Assembly (NCBI GenBank): GCA_001600695.1
Contig: BCKQ01000009.1
Span: forward strand, 484,772-548,771
Origin: Ascoidea asiatica JCM 7603
Lineage: Eukaryota; Fungi; Ascomycota
DNA length: 64,000 nucleotides
Reading direction: 5' to 3'
Positions 57,414 through 64,000 of the stretch are shown here, piece after piece. Position numbers and translations under genes: made by a program. Within the stretch, counting starts at the first letter, position 1. Every line of letters starts with the position of its first letter. The notes beneath the pieces are model-generated. The model did not search any database, was not told the origin of the DNA, and saw only the letters and a program-made list of their open reading frames with translations.

Positions 57414-58799
57414 ATGGAACAAGATTATGAAGAATTTATCGAAGATTCTCTTTTTAAAAATCAACCAGTATCTTTTAAACTATTAACAAGGGAATTTTCA
57501 ATCAATGCTACAAAAGCAAAGTCAATTTTAAAAAAATATTACAATAAAAATGATGAAATTAAAAAAAATTTAAATCCAACTTTTATAATCACTGGAATTT
57601 TAAAAGATTCAAATCAATTTGGTATATCGTTATCTAATTTTGAAAATATTAATGATGATTTAAAAATTATTGAAAATTTTGAAAAAATTATTTCAAATGA
57701 TGTTTATAGTTTATCTCCAAAAAAATCAAATTTAAATATAAATCAAATAATATCGGGTATTCAAGTTTCTTTATCAATATCCAATGATAAAAATAATTAT
57801 ACAATTAAAAATCTTAAAAATTGGGGCGTTATCTTAAATCCAAATAATTCTGAAATAATTGAAAGCAATAATAATGAAAAACAAAAACAAATTAAAGAAA
57901 AGAAATTTAATTCAGATTCTCAAAAAGTAAATAAGTCTTATAGTAGTAGTACTACTAATAATAAAGAAGAAAGTGAATCACCTTTAACTTCTGGATTACC
58001 TTCAGGTTATGTTTCAAGAAAAACGGAGAAACGATCAAAAACTGAATCAATAAATATTTCCAATGATTTCAGTAATAAAAACAACAATAGTCGATCAAGT
58101 AAAAGAGCTCAAACTGAAAAAATACCTGCGAAAAAATCTACTTATGTTTATGTCTCAAGAAAACAGGAAGCCAAAAATAAGAAAGCTAAAGATGTAGTTA
58201 TTCAAGATATAAGTAGTGACGACAGTGATAGCGACGTTGTTCAAATCAAAGAAGATAAAGCAAAAAGCAAAAGAAAAAAGAAAACAATAAGTAAAAAACC
58301 ACGAAAACATGAAAAAGATAATGATATAAAAGTAGACAATTTAACAGTAAAGAAACAAAAAGAGGATTTGCAGGGTCTTTTTGATGATGAAGAAGAAAAT
58401 GAACAAATGATGAGAGATGGTTTGAAAAGTTTTAGTGAAGAGCCTGAAGTTGAGAAGCCAAAAGAAAGCATTAGTAAAGATAATTTTGACGATGATGTTG
58501 ATATGGAGAAAGGATTTTCATCAACAGATAATCATGAAGAGAAATCAATAGTGGAAGATAGCCATTCCTATAAAAGCTCTCTTCCTAAAATAAATAAATC
58601 ATCACCTCCAAAAGAAGAATTTAGCAATTTTGTTGATGAAGAAGGTTATTTGGTTACAAAAGTTTCTCATCCAGTCAACAGAACAGTTTCAGGTTCCAAA
58701 ACAAGGGCAAGAGCATCTTCCATCAAAACTACCGAGGGTCCTCAAAAGAAAAAAAAGAAAGCACAAAGCTCAATTATGAATTTTTTTGGCGCTAGATAA
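57414..58799 (+). CDS. POL32: DNA polymerase delta third subunit (Pol32/Cdc27)
   Basis: N-terminal VSFKLLTREFSI..AK..L winged helix, DEEGYLVTK, C-terminal NLS and PIP box QSSIMNFF; MCB promoter. Confidence 0.88.
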   Translation: MEQDYEEFIEDSLFKNQPVSFKLLTREFSINATKAKSILKKYYNKNDEIKKNLNPTFIITGILKDSNQFGISLSNFENINDDLKIIENFEKIISNDVYSLSPKKSNLNINQIISGIQVSLSISNDKNNYTIKNLKNWGVILNPNNSEIIESNNNEKQKQIKEKKFNSDSQKVNKSYSSSTTNNKEESESPLTSGLPSGYVSRKTEKRSKTESINISNDFSNKNNNSRSSKRAQTEKIPAKKSTYVYVSRKQEAKNKKAKDVVIQDISSDDSDSDVVQIKEDKAKSKRKKKTISKKPRKHEKDNDIKVDNLTVKKQKEDLQGLFDDEEENEQMMRDGLKSFSEEPEVEKPKESISKDNFDDDVDMEKGFSSTDNHEEKSIVEDSHSYKSSLPKINKSSPPKEEFSNFVDEEGYLVTKVSHPVNRTVSGSKTRARASSIKTTEGPQKKKKKAQSSIMNFFGAR

Positions 58800-58985
58800 A
58801 TCATGTGAATTAATAATGGATGTTGGATGCTTCTTCTATTTTTTTTTTTTTCAAAAATTGAAAAATGATTGTTTAACATTACCGTTTTAAGTTCGGAAAT
58901 TTTTTTTTTTTGATGAAAATTTAATTTTTAAATCAATTAGCTACTTTTTATATAGATATATTTTATAAATTAATTATAAATAAAA

Positions 58986-61160
58986 ATGGATGAAACAAAC
59001 ATTAAAACTATTTTTGTCAGGGGAATTCCATTAAATGCAACCTCCGAAAAGGTGTCGGAGTTCTTTAGTGAATTCGCTCCTGTAAAGCATTGCACCATAG
59101 TAACAGATAAGAACAAAAACTCAAAAGGTTTTGGTTTTATTACATTTTCAAGTCATGAAGATTGTGAACAGGTTTTAATTGAATGCAAAACTAAAAGGTT
59201 TAATAATAAGCAGTTGTTGATTGAGTATGCAAAGAAAAGAGAGCGAACAATAAAAGAACCCAAAAAAAAATTGAAAATTGGTGATATTATTGAAGAAACT
59301 GAGGATGATGATGATAATCTCAGTAATGTTCAAACCAAAGAGGATATAATACATAAGAAAAAAGAGAAGTTCAAAGAAACTTCTAATGTGAAGAAACCGT
59401 ATAAATTTGAAGGACAAACAGAGATTATAGAGAAAAGAAAGCCAAGATTGATTGTTAGAAATTTACCTTGGTCAGTACGTGATCCAGAAATTCTTAAAAG
59501 AGTTTTTCAAAGATATGGAACTGTAACTGATGCAATAATTCCAAGAAAAGAAAATAATAGAATGTCTGGGTTTGGAATAATAACAATGAAATCCCAGAAG
59601 GGAGCAGCAAGAGCTATTGAAGATTGTGCTAAAAAAGGCCTCAAAATTGACAAAAGAGAAGTGGCTGTTGATTATGCTTTAGAAAAGAGTAAATGGAAAG
59701 AACATAAAAAAACTCAGAAAACTGAACTTAAATCCCAAAAGAAAACAGCTTCTGGTAAAAATGATGATTCTGATTCTGATTCTGAAAGTTCTGATTTGGA
59801 ATTAGATGCTGAATCTTTATCCAATTCAGAAGATGAATTTGATTCAAAAATAAAGGAAGAAGATGACAGCGAAGAAGAAGATGATGATGAAGAAAATGAA
59901 AACAAACTGAAAGAATCTTCTATAGAACATGCCAAAAAAAATAGAATTGAGCAATTCTTAGTATTTGTAAAAAATATACCATATGATGCTGATGAAGATG
60001 GCCTAAGGGAACATTTCAGTCAATTTGGGAATGTAAAATATGCATTGCCAGTAATTGATAAAAAATCAGGATTGGCCAAGGGAACAGCTTTTGTCGCCTT
60101 TTATGAAGAAAGAGCTTATAAGGAATGTTTAAACAATGCACCAGATAGTAATGGTATCTCAATGTTATTGCCAGATGATGCTTCCCCTTTGTATGTTTTT
60201 CAAGGAAGGGTTCTTTCAATAACATCCGCTGTTACAAGAGAGACTGCTGGAAAACTAGAAGAATCTAATTCTAAGAAACGGGCAGAAAAACTTGGGAAAT
60301 TACCAGAAGATAAAGATAAGAGAAATTTATTTCTATTAAATGAGGGTAGAATCACAGAAAATTCTAAAATATTCAAGTTGGGCTTAATATCTAAAAAAGA
60401 CATGGAAATCAGAAATGAAGCTTATAATCTAAGAGTATCACAATTGAATAAAAATCCTGCTTTACATATTTCCTTCACCAGACTTGCAATAAGAAATATT
60501 CCACGTTCGATGACAGAAAAGGGATTAAAAGCATTAGGTCGTAAAGCTATTGTTGAGTTTGCTAAAGAATTAAAAGAGAAGAAAAGGCAACCTTTATCTC
60601 AAGAAGAGTTAAAACGTTCCACTTTTTTCAGTCAGATAAATAGAGTAAAAGAAGAAGCCAAAAAGACAAAAAAGTCCGGTGTTGTTAAACAGGCAAAAAT
60701 CATGATTGAAATAAAAGAAGATGGAAAAGAAGGTAGATCAAGAGGTTATGGATTCTTGGAATTTAAAGATCATAGAACAGCATTGATGGGTTTAAGATGG
60801 CTAAATGCACATTTGGTAGAAGAAGAAGAAATTTTACAGGGGTTGAATGATGAAGAAAAAGAAGGATTTGTTTACAATGTTGAAAATAAAAGAAGATTAA
60901 TTGTCGAGTTTGCAATCGAAAATGCATCTGTAGCCAAAAGAAGAAAAGAAAACAGAGAAAAACAAGTCAAAAAATCATCAGAAATGAAAGGTCAAGAAAA
61001 AACAAAGAATGATTCTGGCAAACGACCAAGAGATGATGTCGAAGAGGATAAAAATAAACCTTTTAAGAATTTCCATAAAAGAAAGAATACAGGAAAAAAA
61101 AACAATAACAGAGGAAATAAACTCAAAGGAGCAAGACCAAAACCAGTTACAACTAAATGA
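58986..61160 (+). CDS. NOP4: Nucleolar multi-RRM 60S biogenesis factor Nop4
   Basis: Four RRMs (IFVRGIP/KGFGFI, LIVRNLPW, VFVKNIPY/KGTAFV, LAIRNIP/RGYGFLEF), DKRNLFLLNEG, RRLIVEFAIEN. Confidence 0.95.
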   Translation: MDETNIKTIFVRGIPLNATSEKVSEFFSEFAPVKHCTIVTDKNKNSKGFGFITFSSHEDCEQVLIECKTKRFNNKQLLIEYAKKRERTIKEPKKKLKIGDIIEETEDDDDNLSNVQTKEDIIHKKKEKFKETSNVKKPYKFEGQTEIIEKRKPRLIVRNLPWSVRDPEILKRVFQRYGTVTDAIIPRKENNRMSGFGIITMKSQKGAARAIEDCAKKGLKIDKREVAVDYALEKSKWKEHKKTQKTELKSQKKTASGKNDDSDSDSESSDLELDAESLSNSEDEFDSKIKEEDDSEEEDDDEENENKLKESSIEHAKKNRIEQFLVFVKNIPYDADEDGLREHFSQFGNVKYALPVIDKKSGLAKGTAFVAFYEERAYKECLNNAPDSNGISMLLPDDASPLYVFQGRVLSITSAVTRETAGKLEESNSKKRAEKLGKLPEDKDKRNLFLLNEGRITENSKIFKLGLISKKDMEIRNEAYNLRVSQLNKNPALHISFTRLAIRNIPRSMTEKGLKALGRKAIVEFAKELKEKKRQPLSQEELKRSTFFSQINRVKEEAKKTKKSGVVKQAKIMIEIKEDGKEGRSRGYGFLEFKDHRTALMGLRWLNAHLVEEEEILQGLNDEEKEGFVYNVENKRRLIVEFAIENASVAKRRKENREKQVKKSSEMKGQEKTKNDSGKRPRDDVEEDKNKPFKNFHKRKNTGKKNNNRGNKLKGARPKPVTTK

Positions 61161-61489
61161 AAAAGTATTTCTTTTACATTATTTCTATTAAGCAATTCTA
61201 ATTGAATCATTTGTGCTTTTTCTGTAGAATGCATTTAATCAAAATCTATATACACTTTATAACCGAATATTATAGATAAAAAACATTAGGAAGAATAAAA
61301 AGAAATGAGGTTTAGAAAAATTAAGTAGAGAAATTGAACGAAGAAAATCAACAAATATTTTCGGAGATGTTTCATAAAATAGTAATATATAATTAAATCA
61401 AAAGAGGAACACATTAATTAGAAGAAGTAAAAATTAAATTAAACCAAAAAGAAAAAAAAATGCAAAAAGGAACGCAAAAACCAATAAAC

Positions 61490-64000
61490 CTAAAACGTAT
61501 CATCATCATTATAGAAATCACCATTATTATCAAACGACAATCGAGAATTACTTAGTACACTGGAACGACTGTTATTACATTCTTTGAGAAATCTATGATG
61601 TAATAAATCATTAGCAGTTTGACGTTTATGAGGATTCCAAATCAAAAATTTTTCAATGAATTCAACCAATAATTGACCATCTCTACCTTTAACTTTGAGA
61701 ACAGATGATAATGTTTTTGAAGAGGGTTTTACCCTTTTCTCAGAATTATTAAAAAACTCAGCTTTGATTTTTCCTTCACTGTCAAAGAAAGCTTCGAGCA
61801 TGGTAAATGAATGAGGTTGATGCTCATCCCCATCATCAATCTGGCCATATTTATATATTTCCTGTCTTAATAATAAAATGGTTTTCCGAGTAGGAGGCCC
61901 AAGAACTTCAATATTTAACATCAATTGTTCTCTCTCATTGCGACCAGGAAATAAAGGAATTCCTGAATAAAGCTCAGCAAGAACACAGCCTAAACTCCAA
62001 ATATCAATGGGTGTTGAATATCTTCCTCCTAATAACACCTCAGGTGCTCTATAAAAACGAGATTGGATATATGAATAAGATGATTCGTTTTTGAAGCACG
62101 CTGAACCAAAATCTATAATTTTAACATCAAATCTATCAGGAGATATTAACATAATATTTTCAGGTTTCAAATCACAGTGAATAATATTATGGCTGTGGAT
62201 AAAATGAAGAGCTCCTAGTATTTGAGAAGCAAAAATCCCAATTACAGAGCAGCTAAAACCTTTAAAATTAGAAGCTTCGATAGCCTGATACAAAGTAACA
62301 GATAATAACTCCGTCACAATGCACATATGACTTCTGAAATGAAAATGCTCAAAGTAGTTCAATAGATTATAGCTACCAAGGGATTTATCATCCTCCATTA
62401 AAGCACTGTTTTTGTAAATCTTTTGGGTAGAGTTCTTTTTGCTGGCAAGAATATTCTTCAAAACTTTGATTTCATAAACGGCTTGTAAGGCCCATTGATA
62501 ATCATTTTTTACAATTTTAATAGCAACAATTTTACCTAGTTTGTGATCTTTACATCTAACAACAGTTCCAAATCCTCCACTCCCAAGGACATTTAATACT
62601 TCATACCGATAGTCAATATGGTCCCCTAAAACTGCTTTATAATTTTTATCAGTGTCATCAAATCCAAAATTCTTGCTGAAATTGGATAATTCAACTCTTA
62701 CTTTTTTGGTACTAGATAACCCAGTGAAAAATATTTCCTTTTTACGAGTGCATTCAGTTCTTTCATATTGATTAAGATTATAAACTAACCTTTCATCATT
62801 CAAAATATGAGAAGGTTTCAAAGGTAAGTTTTTCCAAATATCTTCCATATTTAGGTTAGAACTTTTTCTTCTTTTTTCATAAAGTTTTATCATACTAGCT
62901 GTTTCCTTGAATATTTTCAAACTTTGGAATAGTTCTTCTGGTGTTCCAATTTGACGATTTGGATTAAATGAACAATTAGAAGAGCTGACTTTTTTATTTT
63001 CACTTGCCCTTCTAGTTGAGATTTTTTTATTAGGAACTGAAACAGACACTGAAGAAGTATTTAGTGGATGATGTTGTGAGGAATCTCTCTTTTTTTTCAT
63101 TTCAAGAGATTTTTTAGAAGACTGTTTCAAGTCTAAATTACTTTTATTGAAAAAGTCGCTTTTACTTTTGGAGATGTTCGATGTTTTAATTGAATCTTGG
63201 TCTAAGTTCAGAGAAGTGTTAATTTTATTATTTATATTCAAAACATTTTTATTTGAAGAGATTCCCAACGGCACTTTTCTAGTTGTTTTCATAGCTTTTT
63301 TACTAGATAGGTAGCCATTATTAGTTGATTTACTTAACATTTTTTTATGGTCATTGTTAACTAAATGAGAATTGGGGTTTACATTCGACTTTAAATTAGA
63401 ATTAGAGCTTAAACTCAGATTAGATTGTGAGTTTGAGTTCGTTATAGAGTGATGATGAGTTTGCGATCTTGAGAATAATTTTGAATTTGGATTTGGGTTG
63501 GAGTTAATATTAGTGCTTGATATAGCATTTAAATCAAAAGCATTAGTAGAAGATGATAAAAGGGTAGTTTTTTCTCTTCGCAAAGAAGATTTATTTAAAA
63601 TTTTACTTTTAGGAGGAATTGAATTTGAAGCTGATCTTGACTGGACTGATTTTGAAAGCAAATTAGCTTTTTTCATCTTAGAAATGTCTGTAGAATCAGA
63701 GCTTTTTTCGTTTTTTGGATTTGATTGACTTATAATTTCATTTAGGTTTCGAATGCTTTTCTTACTAGGTATAATATTTGAGCCTTTAGATTCTAACTGC
63801 AAGGAATTATTTGAGTGATATATATTCTCATTTTTTTCTATTTTATCATGGTGGGAAAGGTTTTTGTTTTTGTTTTTGTTTTGATCCAACTTTTCCTGAG
63901 TCTTGGATCTATTTCTTGAAAATTTTGGTATATTATTTAATGAAGGTGAATGCTTTATATATTTTGTTTTTAAATCAAGCAAACTTTTATCAAAAGTTGG
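61490..64000 (-). CDS. Class-2 DYRK (Pom1/Ppk5/DYRK2-like) dual-specificity kinase; 5' end beyond the window
   Basis: DH-box GFDDTDKNY...DHIDYRYEV, HCDLKPEN, YSYIQSRFYRAPE. The frame is open to position 64000. Confidence 0.88.
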   Translation of the reverse strand, partial: PTFDKSLLDLKTKYIKHSPSLNNIPKFSRNRSKTQEKLDQNKNKNKNLSHHDKIEKNENIYHSNNSLQLESKGSNIIPSKKSIRNLNEIISQSNPKNEKSSDSTDISKMKKANLLSKSVQSRSASNSIPPKSKILNKSSLRREKTTLLSSSTNAFDLNAISSTNINSNPNPNSKLFSRSQTHHHSITNSNSQSNLSLSSNSNLKSNVNPNSHLVNNDHKKMLSKSTNNGYLSSKKAMKTTRKVPLGISSNKNVLNINNKINTSLNLDQDSIKTSNISKSKSDFFNKSNLDLKQSSKKSLEMKKKRDSSQHHPLNTSSVSVSVPNKKISTRRASENKKVSSSNCSFNPNRQIGTPEELFQSLKIFKETASMIKLYEKRRKSSNLNMEDIWKNLPLKPSHILNDERLVYNLNQYERTECTRKKEIFFTGLSSTKKVRVELSNFSKNFGFDDTDKNYKAVLGDHIDYRYEVLNVLGSGGFGTVVRCKDHKLGKIVAIKIVKNDYQWALQAVYEIKVLKNILASKKNSTQKIYKNSALMEDDKSLGSYNLLNYFEHFHFRSHMCIVTELLSVTLYQAIEASNFKGFSCSVIGIFASQILGALHFIHSHNIIHCDLKPENIMLISPDRFDVKIIDFGSACFKNESSYSYIQSRFYRAPEVLLGGRYSTPIDIWSLGCVLAELYSGIPLFPGRNEREQLMLNIEVLGPPTRKTILLLRQEIYKYGQIDDGDEHQPHSFTMLEAFFDSEGKIKAEFFNNSEKRVKPSSKTLSSVLKVKGRDGQLLVEFIEKFLIWNPHKRQTANDLLHHRFLKECNNSRSSVLSNSRLSFDNNGDFYNDDDTF

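Noticed and set aside
33648-63728. Many antisense or alternate-frame ORFs overlapping real genes (e.g. 33648-34193, 44282-44749, 51932-52207, 55202-55483)
   Set aside because: Shadow ORFs produced by codon bias and low-complexity coding on the opposite strand.
1-64000. CRISPR arrays, rRNA or tRNA genes
   Set aside because: None seen; the repeats present are LTRs and micro- or minisatellites in a eukaryotic context.

Overview
Very AT-rich budding-yeast (Saccharomycotina) chromosomal DNA. It has short GT-AG introns with TACTAAC-like branch points, Asn/Ser-rich low-complexity proteins and apparent CTG avoidance in conserved domains. That profile would fit an Ascoidea-like lineage, but this is inference only. 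Left part (1-31 kb), gene-poor: a decayed Ty3/Gypsy integrase with a probable 3' LTR; an SBE2/SBE22-like gene; RPS25 with a 5'-UTR intron and a Tbf1/Cbf1-type promoter; a non-coding host transcript carrying intronic C/D snoRNAs snR57-snR55-snR61; a GPI cell-wall protein; a spliced micro-gene/pseudogene with a TALE-homeodomain-like relic; a C2H2 transcription factor; a 5.8-kb Ty3/Gypsy element with ~1-kb LTRs that has gag, protease and integrase but no RT/RNase H; and an intron-containing SDR. Right part (31-64 kb), a dense housekeeping block: kinesin-5, SNT309/SPF27 (spliced, only partly in the ORF track), proline iminopeptidase, SKN7, SFM1, CTI6, AHC1, TRS31, ARD1, VPS29, HYR1/GPX, pterin-carbinolamine dehydratase, SRT1, POL32, NOP4 and a 5'-truncated class-2 DYRK kinase. 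The most striking observation is the snoRNA host. Its first acceptor overlaps the next donor (TAG/GTATGT share one G), and a G before the first donor regenerates GTATGT after splicing. This implies ordered recursive (stwintron-like) splicing, followed by a 4-nt exon. All gene and snoRNA names come from recalled motifs, not database searches.
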